In this document: piece after piece, positions 41,160 through 49,801 of the stretch
Layout: the number at the start of each line of letters is the position of its first letter
Numbering within the stretch: the stretch's first letter is position 1
Source of the DNA: an uncultured Chloroflexia bacterium
GTDB taxonomy: Bacteria; Chloroflexota; Dehalococcoidia; DSTF01; JALHUB01
Direction: 5' to 3'
NCBI GenBank assembly: GCA_963726245.1
Contig: CAVSBT010000025.1
Coordinates: 71,076 to 135,075 of the forward strand
DNA length: 64,000 bases
Notes under the pieces: generated by a model
Told to the model about the DNA's origin: nothing
Seen by the model: only the letters and a program-made list of their open reading frames with translations
Databases searched by the model: none
Program-made: the position numbers and the translations under genes

Positions 41160-41397
41160 CATCGTGCAAGCACTGGCTGATTGCCTGGAGGCCCTGCGTC
41201 AGGGCTCCGACCTGGACAGGGCCCTGCAAAGGTACCCGGAATATCGCAGCCAACTGGAGGCCCTCCTGAAGGTGGCATCCCTCATCCGGCCCCTGGCAGA
41301 GGACGTGGCGCCCTCTCCCGCCGCGCGAGAGGACATCCGCGCCCTTTTGCTGGGCCTGCAGGCACTCGCCCCGGGGATGGAGCCGTCAGGCTGCTAA
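41152..41397 (+). CDS. Short soluble putative anti-sigma domain protein
   Basis: Overlaps the sigma stop; LADCLEAL..G..L...L.RYPE....L..LL..A...PSP pattern; no TM helix. Confidence 0.6.
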   Translation: MVSIVQALADCLEALRQGSDLDRALQRYPEYRSQLEALLKVASLIRPLAEDVAPSPAAREDIRALLLGLQALAPGMEPSGC

Positions 41398-41504
41398 CCG
41401 GATTCTAGCCGGGAGGGGGACTGGTGTACTTCCAAACTCAACTCCCGCACAGAGCGGCTGATCGCCCCCCCAACTCACGCTGGCATTGAGGTCGGAACCG
41501 CGTA

Positions 41505-42560
41505 ATGCATAAGGTGCCGGCGTGGGCCTCCATGGATTTCAACAGATCCCTGAACCCGTTGTTCTCAAACCCAAGTGCCCAAGTAGGCCTGTCTCATGCT
41601 AGCCGCCTGATATGGGCGACAGTTGTTGGCTTAAGGAACGTCGCCTATTTCCTCGCCGCTGTGATGGTCATCCGCTACTTGGAGAGCCTCCTCCCCGTTT
41701 ATGCCTTCATCGCTCTCACACTGGCGGCGATAGTGAGCGTTTACTGGCAGGTCCTCAGCAGGGACCGAAGCGGCCAGGAGGTCAGTAGGCCTCTCCTACT
41801 TGCCGTGTTCGGCCTGGTGTTCGTCCTCCTGGCATATCTCAGGTCGCTAGCGGACCAGGCGGGCTTCCAGACCCGATACGACTATGTAATCGGGCTGGAC
41901 AAGGTCCTGTTCCACGGCAACGTGCCAGCGGTGTGGCTTCAGGACCACCTGTATTCAGTGGGCCGCGTTAGCCCTCTCGATATCTACTGTTCGGTGGTCT
42001 ATTTCAGCTACTTCGCCGTGCCTTTCATCGCCGCCGTGGCGCTCTGGCACCTCAGGCCTTTCGGATTTCGCCTCTATCTCTCTGCCACCCTGGTGACCAT
42101 GTGTTTGAGCGCCGCTTGGTTCACGTTGGTGCCCACAGCTCCACCCTGGCTCGCGGGGCTGGACGGACATCTGCCACAACTCACGCGTACCGCCGCCGCG
42201 GTCGTAGACAGTTTTTGGTCTGGCTTCTATGAGCGCAACTATCAAGTGGTGGGTATCAACGACGTCGCAGCCTTTCCTTCTTTGCACGTGGCCCAGACCA
42301 TTCTCGTCGTCCTTGCGAGCTGGCGCTTTGGCCGCTGGATGCGCATCCTCGGCCCGGTGTACGTAGCTTCCATGGGCTTCAGCCTCGTCTATCTCGGCGA
42401 GCACTACGTTTCGGATGTTCTTGCCGGCCTGGTCCTCGGTGGTTTCTCCTGGGCTGTCGCCGTCAGGCTGACACCGTCGATGCGCCAGGCCCAAGAGGAG
42501 GGCGAGTGCGTTTCCGTGTCTTCCACGATCGTGAGTGACAGCGCCCGTCGCGCCGCTTGA
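41505..42560 (+). CDS. PAP2/AUR1-like (inositol-phosphorylceramide synthase-type) membrane phosphotransferase
   Basis: Multi-TM; PTAPPW, AAFPSLHVA and VYLGEHYVSDV motifs. Confidence 0.8.
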   Translation: MHKVPAWASMDFNRSLNPLFSNPSAQVGLSHASRLIWATVVGLRNVAYFLAAVMVIRYLESLLPVYAFIALTLAAIVSVYWQVLSRDRSGQEVSRPLLLAVFGLVFVLLAYLRSLADQAGFQTRYDYVIGLDKVLFHGNVPAVWLQDHLYSVGRVSPLDIYCSVVYFSYFAVPFIAAVALWHLRPFGFRLYLSATLVTMCLSAAWFTLVPTAPPWLAGLDGHLPQLTRTAAAVVDSFWSGFYERNYQVVGINDVAAFPSLHVAQTILVVLASWRFGRWMRILGPVYVASMGFSLVYLGEHYVSDVLAGLVLGGFSWAVAVRLTPSMRQAQEEGECVSVSSTIVSDSARRAA

Positions 42561-42635
42561 TGTTTCAGCAACTGGTGAGCCCCACCCAGGTAGATCGCTT
42601 CAGGTTTCCTGAGGGGCGCCGATACTGTAGTGGTC

Positions 42636-42677
42636 ACATAAGGAAAAACCCTAACAAACAGGAGGTGAAACCCGAAC
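42636..42677 (+). promoter_or_regulatory. Phased operator pair upstream of flp1, preceded by a sigma28-like element (42599-42625)
   Basis: ACATAAGGAAAAACCCTAAC, then ACCCGAAC 22 bp later; TTCA-N15-GCCGATAC upstream. Confidence 0.55.
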
Positions 42678-42837
42678 AGAAGGCGTCGGAATAGGGAGTC
42701 CCTGCCACGGATACCGCCGTCCAGGGAGGGAGGCGGAAGCAGGGTAACAAACGTCACGAAGCCGGCTGCGTGGCCGGTGAGGGGACAAAGGGGGGCCGGT
42801 GGGTGCTCGCCCCCGGGATCAGGAGAAGGAGGAGAAC

Positions 42838-43014
42838 ATGCGGCTACTCAACGGAGTGATGAACTGGCTGCGCCGCGAGGATGGCCAGACCCTGATCGAG
42901 TACGGCCTGATCGCCGCCTTGATTAGCATCGTCATCGTCGGCGCCTTTGCGCTCGGCCTGACTGGTGCCTTCACGGGCCTGGTCACTCGAATTACCAGCG
43001 CGTTGGCCGGCTAG
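42838..43014 (+). CDS. flp: Flp type IVc pilin (probable major pilin)
   Basis: RREDG/QTLIEYGLIAALISIV Flp motif; strong RBS AAGGAGG. Confidence 0.92.
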   Translation: MRLLNGVMNWLRREDGQTLIEYGLIAALISIVIVGAFALGLTGAFTGLVTRITSALAG

Positions 43015-43025
43015 TTATCGGCGCG

Positions 43026-43067
43026 CTTGGCGGTGGGCGGGCCTGACCAGGTCCGCCCACCGCCAAG
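43026..43067 (+). terminator. 20-bp inverted repeat after the first pilin (attenuator/stabiliser)
   Basis: CTTGGCGGTGGGCGGGCCTG-AC-CAGGTCCGCCCACCGCCAAG. Confidence 0.65.
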
Positions 43068-43088
43068 GCTTTGACAAGGCGGTGGTCT

Positions 43089-43277
43089 ATGGACAAAAGG
43101 CAGGAAGTGAAACCGCCTGAGCCGGACAGGAAGCGGACGGGGGAGCGAGGGCAGACCCTGATCGAGTACGGCCTCATTATTCTCTTGATATCCCTGGCGG
43201 CAATTCCCGCGTTCTACGCGCTGGTGCCCGCGGTGGGGTCGCTCGTCCACACGATTGTCGACGCGCTCGCCGTCTAG
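43089..43277 (+). CDS. flp: Second Flp pilin
   Basis: GERG/QTLIEYGLIILLISL. Confidence 0.85.
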   Translation: MDKRQEVKPPEPDRKRTGERGQTLIEYGLIILLISLAAIPAFYALVPAVGSLVHTIVDALAV

Positions 43278-43356
43278 TCCGCCGGGTTATGTGCGTTGGA
43301 CACGAAGTCACAGCCTCTGGCAGAGAGTAGAGCGCAAAGGGCAAGGTCGGATCGTG

Positions 43357-43788
43357 ATGAGTGGTAGGTGCAGTCACAGCAGACCCGGCAACGGTCAACG
43401 CGGCCAGTCGGCTGTTGAGTTTGCCCTGGTCATGCCCATCCTCTTAATCCTGCTTTTCAGCATTGTCGACTTCGGCATGGGCCTCAGGGCCTGGATCACT
43501 GTCACCAACTCCGCCCGGGAAGGGGCGCGCCTCGGCGCCGTCAGCGCTGGCTGTGCCGCCATCAAGAACAAGACCGTTTCTACCTCCGCTGGCCTTCTGA
43601 CCACAAGCGATGTGACTGTGTCGGTCAGTCCGCACGACCTCGGGAACTGCACGGGCAACTCCGGCGATCAACTGACGGTTACCGTCACATACGACTACCA
43701 CTACATCACGCCGCTGGGCAACTTCGTTGAAGGATTCGCTGGCGGGCCCCTCCACATGACGGCCGTTTCCAGCATGAGGCTTGAGTGA
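43357..43788 (+). CDS. tadE: TadE-like minor pilin
   Basis: RG/QSAVEFALVMPILLILLFSIVDFG...NSAREGARLGAV. Confidence 0.9.
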   Translation: MSGRCSHSRPGNGQRGQSAVEFALVMPILLILLFSIVDFGMGLRAWITVTNSAREGARLGAVSAGCAAIKNKTVSTSAGLLTTSDVTVSVSPHDLGNCTGNSGDQLTVTVTYDYHYITPLGNFVEGFAGGPLHMTAVSSMRLE

Positions 43789-45161
43789 TGAGTACCAGAT
43801 CCTGGCATCGCCGTATTCTGCGTGCGTTCCGCGGGCGCGAGAAGGGCCAGATCATCATCGTGGCCGCCTTCTTCGTGGTGATTGGCCTGAGCTTCGCCGC
43901 CATCGTCATCGACATGGGGCGCTTCATGCACGGCCGGGAGGAGACCCAGAACGCCGTGGACGCCGCCGCCCTGGCTGCCGCCCAGGAGCTCCCCAATAAC
44001 GGGACAGCGGCCCAGACCAAAGCCAACCAGTACCTTAGTGCTAATGACCCTCACTCCCACTTGAGCGGGCAGAACGTCACCTTTCGCTGCATAGTGGGCG
44101 ACCGCGATCACGACCACCACGCGGACTCCGGGGATGTCCCGGCGGCCTGCGATCCCGGCTCACATACCTTCACGTGCAGCAGCAGTACCTGGACCTGCTC
44201 CGCCCAGTGCGTCCCCTCGCAAGGCAACAAATGCAACACCGTGGTGGTAGGGGCCAGCGAGGACGTGACCTTTCTTATCGCGCCGATCTTTGACATGTTC
44301 CATCATTCCACCGGGGACATCCGCGCGGCCGCCTGCCGCGGGGCCTGCGGAGGTCCGCCCACGGGGCCTGTCGACCTGCTGATACTCATCGACCGGACCA
44401 GCAGCATGAGTTCAGCGGACGTGACGAACGCTCAGAATGCGGCAAATGCAATACTGGGACTGTACAACCCGGCGCAGCAGTGGGTCGGCCTTGGCCTACT
44501 GGGCCGCAGCAGCAACACCAGCACATGCAGCGGGTCACCCACCGGAGTACACGTAGTGGCCGCCGCCACTAGGACCCCGACCAGCAACTGGGTCCCGATT
44601 GGTCTGAGCGGAACCGGAAACGCAACCGCAACCCCCCCCGGATACAACGAGGCGTACGTGAATGCCAGTAAGACGCCCCTCGCGAGCAGCCATCTCGAGA
44701 AGGGCATCACCTGCTTCGACACGTCCAGCACCGGCACCGACCTCGCATCGCCGGTAACGGCTGCCGCCACCTATCTGCACAGCAACGGACGTTCCAATGC
44801 CGTGAAGGGGATAATCCTCGAGACAGACGGTTCGCCGAATGGCTCGACCTGTCTGGCTGCGTACAACGCGGCTCAGGCGGCGAAGACCGGCTCACCGCCT
44901 ATAGAGATATTCACTGTCGGCTTTGGCTTGACGTCCTCCGACATGTGTCCGGACACGTCCGGCATCTACCATAACAAGACAGTCATCCAGTTGCTCGCGG
45001 ACATGGCGACGAGTTCGACCAACAACGGATGTGTCACCGCCGAAAACACAGACGGTGACCACTTCTTCTGCCTGCCGAAGACCAGTGATCTGGCCTCGAT
45101 CTTTCAGATAGCGGCGGCGAATCTCGCCACCGGCGCGCGGCTGATCCAGCTTCCGGACTGA
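43785..45161 (+). CDS. tadG: TadG-like pilus tip protein with Cys-rich insert and vWA domain
   Basis: KG/QIIIV, IDMGR...QNAVDAAALAAAQEL; vWA IDRTSSM, GTDL, ETDG and IFTVGFG. Confidence 0.82.
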   Translation: MMSTRSWHRRILRAFRGREKGQIIIVAAFFVVIGLSFAAIVIDMGRFMHGREETQNAVDAAALAAAQELPNNGTAAQTKANQYLSANDPHSHLSGQNVTFRCIVGDRDHDHHADSGDVPAACDPGSHTFTCSSSTWTCSAQCVPSQGNKCNTVVVGASEDVTFLIAPIFDMFHHSTGDIRAAACRGACGGPPTGPVDLLILIDRTSSMSSADVTNAQNAANAILGLYNPAQQWVGLGLLGRSSNTSTCSGSPTGVHVVAAATRTPTSNWVPIGLSGTGNATATPPGYNEAYVNASKTPLASSHLEKGITCFDTSSTGTDLASPVTAAATYLHSNGRSNAVKGIILETDGSPNGSTCLAAYNAAQAAKTGSPPIEIFTVGFGLTSSDMCPDTSGIYHNKTVIQLLADMATSSTNNGCVTAENTDGDHFFCLPKTSDLASIFQIAAANLATGARLIQLPD

Positions 45162-45260
45162 CCGTATGTTCGTGGCGTTTGGCGCCGCCTCCTCAAGAGG
45201 ACAACATCAAGTGCCGTTACTACACTTGCAGAGAGAACGGTAACTCAGGAGGGGACTCCC

Positions 45261-46130
45261 ATGGCCAGACCGATAACATTAGCCGGCAACAGGACCAACC
45301 GCAGGCTTCTGCTGCTCGGCCTCGCCGCAGGCATCGTGGCCGCTATCCTGGTGTACGCCGCCGTCAGCCGCGGGTCGGAGAGCACCGGTGCCAGCGGTGC
45401 CGCGTCGATGGTGCCGGCGGTGGTGGCGAAGCAGGACATCCCGGCCCGCACCAAGGTCACGACGAGCATGGTGGAGGTGCGACAGGTGCCGACGGATGCC
45501 CACAGCGAGCTGGCCTACACCGACCTGAGCCAGGTCGTGGGCCAGGTCACACGCTATCCCGTCGCCACGGGCGAGGAAGTGCTCTCCACCAAGGTGGTGT
45601 CCCTGGAGAGTGTCGCCACGACCGGCGATAGCCTGTCGTACATCATCCCGGAGGGCAAACGCGGCATTTCCATCCAGGTGAGCGAGGTCACCAGCAGCGG
45701 CGGGCTAGTACTTCCCGGCGACTACGTGGACGTCATCGGCGTCTTCGATGTCACCTTCGGCAACGGCGACCAGCAGATAGTGAAGAACAAGTATTTCTCC
45801 CGCATCATCCTCCAGAACATCGAGGTGCTGGCTGTGGCCCAGACTGTGGTCGACACGGCACCGGAAGTGGGGACAACCACCGGCGATACGACCACCACCG
45901 GGACGGACGCGCAGAGGGCCCGCAACACTGACGTAGCACCCGAGCCGAAGGCCTCCACCATCACGCTGTCGGTGACTCCGCAGGAGGCGCAACTCCTCTT
46001 CCTGGCTGAAGAGAACGGGGTCCTCCGGCTGGCCGAGCGCCCCTACGGCGACTCGAGCGTCCAGGACATCCCGATCGTGGCAGAAGCGGAGCTGATCCCA
46101 ACCAACCTGCCGCCGCCGGCCGTGAGGTAG
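45261..46130 (+). CDS. cpaB: Flp pilus assembly protein CpaB (SAF domain)
   Basis: VVAKQDIPART, IPEGKRGISI, GGLVLPGDYVDVI, LQNIEVLAV and TLSVTPQEAQ. Confidence 0.92.
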   Translation: MARPITLAGNRTNRRLLLLGLAAGIVAAILVYAAVSRGSESTGASGAASMVPAVVAKQDIPARTKVTTSMVEVRQVPTDAHSELAYTDLSQVVGQVTRYPVATGEEVLSTKVVSLESVATTGDSLSYIIPEGKRGISIQVSEVTSSGGLVLPGDYVDVIGVFDVTFGNGDQQIVKNKYFSRIILQNIEVLAVAQTVVDTAPEVGTTTGDTTTTGTDAQRARNTDVAPEPKASTITLSVTPQEAQLLFLAEENGVLRLAERPYGDSSVQDIPIVAEAELIPTNLPPPAVR

Positions 46131-46167
46131 GTGGAAACCCTAATGGGAGAGGCAGCCACGTCGATAA
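46128..46167 (+). promoter_or_regulatory. Internal operator plus sigma28-like promoter upstream of cpaE
   Basis: TAGGTGGAAACCCTA overlapping TAAT-N15-GTCGATAA. Confidence 0.5.
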
Positions 46168-46205
46168 TTCTCTAGGAGACCTGATTCTCGCCGGGAGCAG
46201 GGTTT

Positions 46206-47393
46206 ATGGCTCAAACGCCAGAAGTGGTCACGGTCGACCCCGACCTCAGCAGCCGCGCCGATATGAAGCGGGTCCTGCAGATTGCCCACCTCACGGTGGC
46301 GGGCGAGGCGGGGTACGGCATTGAAGCCGTCACCGTAGCCCAGGAGAGATTGCCTGACCTCTTTCTGGTCTCCGTCGAAGAGCCCGTAGCCCGCGCCCTC
46401 CAGACTATCGAGTCGCTGGCCGATGCCATGCCCGGCGCTCCCACCATCGTCTACTCTGCCATGGCCGATGCTGCCGCCGTGCGGCGCGCCATGGTAGCCG
46501 GTGCCCGCGACTACCTGATCAAGCCCGTCAAGCCAGAGGAGCTCGTCCGCTCGATTCATGGCGTCTTGGAGCAGGAGGAGCGCAAGCGCATGCGCATGAC
46601 GGGCCAGACGCAGGAGACGGCGGCGCGCGGCACGATTATTACCGTCTTCGGCGCCAAGGGGGGTATCGGCAAGACTACGATCGCCACCAACCTGGCCACC
46701 TCCCTGCAGCGCACGACCAACTCTACGGTCGTGCTGGTGGACATGGACACTCGTTTCGGGGACGTGGCCATCATGATGGACGTGCCCGTCGAGCAGAGCA
46801 TCGCCGACGTGGGCCGCCACCTGGACGAGATGGACCGCGACAAGGTGCGCGACTACCTGGTGCAGCATCACAGCGGCGTCTTCGTCCTGCCGGCGCCCCT
46901 GCATCCCAACGAGTGGCGGAACCTGACCCCTCAGCATATCGAGAAGATCCTTGACCTGCTGGCTCAGAGCTTCGACTACGTGATCATTGACACGCCGGGC
47001 ACCTTCAACGAAATCATCGCCACCACCCTGGAGCACGCGAGCCTTATCCTGCTCATCACCAGCATGGACATCGCCAGTATCAAGGACACGGCGCTGGCCC
47101 TGGAGATGCTGCGCGCGGCCTCGATCTCCCCGGACAAGGTGAAGCTGACTATCAACCACTGCACCTCCGCCAACAGTCTGCGCGAGGATGACGTTCAGCG
47201 GGTGCTGGAGTACGAGGTGTTCTGGCGCATACCGCATGACCTGGCCGTGACCAGCAGCACCCAGCTCGGGCAGCCCATCGTGCTCACCCGGCCCTATGCC
47301 CGCGTGTCGCGCAGCATCAACGACCTGGCATACGTCTTGAGCGGCACCCGGCCAGAGTCCAAGGGCTTCCTGGATCGCATCCTGGGTCGCTAG
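46206..47393 (+). CDS. cpaE: CpaE/TadZ: atypical receiver domain plus MinD-like ATPase
   Basis: Receiver-like AMVAGARDYLIKP; GAKGGIGKTT, VDMDTRFGDV and IIDTP. Confidence 0.9.
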   Translation: MAQTPEVVTVDPDLSSRADMKRVLQIAHLTVAGEAGYGIEAVTVAQERLPDLFLVSVEEPVARALQTIESLADAMPGAPTIVYSAMADAAAVRRAMVAGARDYLIKPVKPEELVRSIHGVLEQEERKRMRMTGQTQETAARGTIITVFGAKGGIGKTTIATNLATSLQRTTNSTVVLVDMDTRFGDVAIMMDVPVEQSIADVGRHLDEMDRDKVRDYLVQHHSGVFVLPAPLHPNEWRNLTPQHIEKILDLLAQSFDYVIIDTPGTFNEIIATTLEHASLILLITSMDIASIKDTALALEMLRAASISPDKVKLTINHCTSANSLREDDVQRVLEYEVFWRIPHDLAVTSSTQLGQPIVLTRPYARVSRSINDLAYVLSGTRPESKGFLDRILGR

Positions 47394-47448
47394 GCAAGGG
47401 GAAATGGACGAGAGCAACGGCACACCAGCGTAAGAGGACGAGCGTACC

Positions 47449-48810
47449 ATGAGTCAGTTCGGCTGGCAAAGCACGAAAAGCACCACGGGCGGCGACGGAT
47501 TCGGTCGTCGCCCCTCTTCAGGAGGAGCGCCGGTCCGCTCCAGCGAGGCTGTCAATGAGCTGACCTACAAGCTCCACCAGCGCCTCATCGAGGAGCTGGA
47601 TCCCTCCAAATTGGAGGGTCTGGAGCCCGAGAAGGCGCGCGCCGCGGTTGAGACGGCAGCCCGTGCGCTCATCGCGCAGGAGATGCCGGGCATCGTCGGA
47701 GTGACGCGCGACGAACTGGTGACCGCCGTAGCGGACGAGGTGCTGGGCTTGGGACCCATCGAGGGGTTGGTGAGAGAGAGCACCGTCTCTGAAATAATGG
47801 TCAACGCTCCTGACACGGTCTACTACGAGAAAGAAGGGCGTCTCTACCTGAGCCCCATCCGTTTCCGGGACGCCAACCACATCATGCGAGTCGTAGAGCG
47901 CATCATCGCTCCCCTGGGCCGGCGGGTAGACGAGTCCTCGCCCATGGTGGACGCGCGCCTCGCCGACGGCTCGCGTGTCAACGTGATCATCCCGCCGGTG
48001 GCCACCAAAAGCCCCACGATCACCATCCGTAAGTTCCGACAGGACAAGCTGACGATCGAGGACCTCATCGCCACCGGCACCATAACGCGCGAGATGGCGG
48101 AGTTCTGTCGCGCCTGTGTGCAGGTCAAGCTAAACATACTCCTCTCCGGTGGTACTGGCACCGGAAAGACGACGCTCCTCAACGCGCTTTCCGCCTTCAT
48201 TCCGGACACGGAGCGTATCGTCACCGTCGAGGATCCCACCGAGCTCAAGCTCCAGCAGGGGCACGTGGTGAGCCTGGAGGCGCGTCCAGCCAGCCTGGAG
48301 GGCAAGGGAGAGGTAACGCAGCGCGACCTGGTGCGGAACTGCCTCCGCATGCGCCCGGACCGCATCCTGGTGGGCGAGGTGCGCGGGCCGGAGGCCTTCG
48401 ACATGATGCAGGCCATGAACACCGGTCACGAAGGCTCTCTAAGCACCGTCCACTCCAACTCGCCCCGTGACTGCCTCGCCCGCGTGGAGAACATGATCCT
48501 GATGGCCGGTCTGGAGCTGCCGGTGCGGGCCATCCGCGAACAGCTAGCCTCCGCTATCCACATGGTGATCCAGATCTCCCGCCTCTCGGATGGCAGCCGG
48601 CGGATAACCCACCTCACCGAGGTCTCGGGCCTGGAGGGACAAGTGATTACCATGCAGGACCTCTTCCGGTTTGAGCAGGAGGGAATCGACCCCGAAGGCC
48701 GGGTGGTGGGCCACTTCCGCTCCACTGGCATCCGGCCTCAATTCGCCGACCGCTTCGAGGTGGCAGGCATCAGCATCCCGGCGGACATGTTCAGCGGTGC
48801 AAGGATCTAG
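47449..48810 (+). CDS. cpaF: CpaF/TadA pilus assembly ATPase
   Basis: GLGPIE, RVDESSPMVDARL, SGGTGTGKTT, LRMRPDRILVGEVRG and AMNTGHEG. Confidence 0.96.
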   Translation: MSQFGWQSTKSTTGGDGFGRRPSSGGAPVRSSEAVNELTYKLHQRLIEELDPSKLEGLEPEKARAAVETAARALIAQEMPGIVGVTRDELVTAVADEVLGLGPIEGLVRESTVSEIMVNAPDTVYYEKEGRLYLSPIRFRDANHIMRVVERIIAPLGRRVDESSPMVDARLADGSRVNVIIPPVATKSPTITIRKFRQDKLTIEDLIATGTITREMAEFCRACVQVKLNILLSGGTGTGKTTLLNALSAFIPDTERIVTVEDPTELKLQQGHVVSLEARPASLEGKGEVTQRDLVRNCLRMRPDRILVGEVRGPEAFDMMQAMNTGHEGSLSTVHSNSPRDCLARVENMILMAGLELPVRAIREQLASAIHMVIQISRLSDGSRRITHLTEVSGLEGQVITMQDLFRFEQEGIDPEGRVVGHFRSTGIRPQFADRFEVAGISIPADMFSGARI

Positions 48811-48813
48811 ACC

Positions 48814-49797
48814 ATGGACCCGCTTGCTCTGACCGCTGCCCTTGCCGTGCTGGTGGCCATTACGCTGCTTGTGATTGCTGTGGGCTTGGCGGCCACGAGC
48901 ACTGCCGGCAACGTGACTCGCGATCGTCTCCAGAATCTGATCTTTGCACCTGCGCTCGACCACTCTGCGGCGGGCTCCGCCCTGCGCGAGAAGCGGTCCG
49001 GAGCGTTCCTAGGGTTGGGGCAGCTCTTTATCGGGCGAGAATGGGCCGCCGACGCTGCCCTAAGCCTGGACCAGGCAGACCTGCGCCTAAGGGTGGGGGA
49101 ATACGTGGTCCTGCGTTTCTGCATGGCCCTTCTCTTCTTTGCCCTGGGCCTGGTGCTCATCCCGTCGCGACCGGTAGCGTTGGTGGTAGGGGCAGTGCTG
49201 GCGTTGGTGGGCTACCTTGCACCCGCGTTCTTTGTGCGCTATCGGAAGCGGAAGCGGCTCAGTAAGCTGGAAGGCCAACTCGAAGAGGCCCTGACGATGG
49301 TGGCCAACTCCTTGAAGGCGGGCTTTGGCCTGCTACAAAGCCTGGATGTGACCGCCCAGCAGCTCAAACATCCTCTCGCCACGGAGCTGCGGCGCACCCT
49401 CCACGACATCAATGTCGGGTCCTCCACCGAAGAGGCCCTGCTGGCCCTTAGCGAGCGCGCCAGCAGCTATGACCTCGAAATTGTCATAACGGCCATCTTG
49501 ATCCAGCGAACCGTGGGTGGGAACCTGGCGGAAATCCTCGACACGGTGGCTCACACCATGCGTGAACGCGTCCGTCTCCGCGGCCACATCAAATCTGTGA
49601 CGTCTCAACAGCGGATGACGGGCTACATCTTAGGCGGCTTGCCCGTTGCCATCATGGGCATGCTTACCCTGGTGGCCAGCGGCTACATGGCTCCACTCTT
49701 CACCACCGTCGCGGGGCTGGTCACGCTGGCTGCGGCCGGCATGATGGAGCTCATCGGCATACTGCTCATCCAGCGCATATTAGCCATAGAGGCGTAG
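48814..49797 (+). CDS. tadB: TadB membrane platform protein
   Basis: QLEEAL..VANSLKAG, IQRTVGGNLAEIL and TMRER. Confidence 0.92.
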   Translation: MDPLALTAALAVLVAITLLVIAVGLAATSTAGNVTRDRLQNLIFAPALDHSAAGSALREKRSGAFLGLGQLFIGREWAADAALSLDQADLRLRVGEYVVLRFCMALLFFALGLVLIPSRPVALVVGAVLALVGYLAPAFFVRYRKRKRLSKLEGQLEEALTMVANSLKAGFGLLQSLDVTAQQLKHPLATELRRTLHDINVGSSTEEALLALSERASSYDLEIVITAILIQRTVGGNLAEILDTVAHTMRERVRLRGHIKSVTSQQRMTGYILGGLPVAIMGMLTLVASGYMAPLFTTVAGLVTLAAAGMMELIGILLIQRILAIEA

Positions 49798-49801
49798 GGT
49801 A

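Noticed and set aside
43015-43022. Antisense GCCGATAA after flp1 as a sigma28 promoter
   Set aside because: No -35 element at the correct spacing
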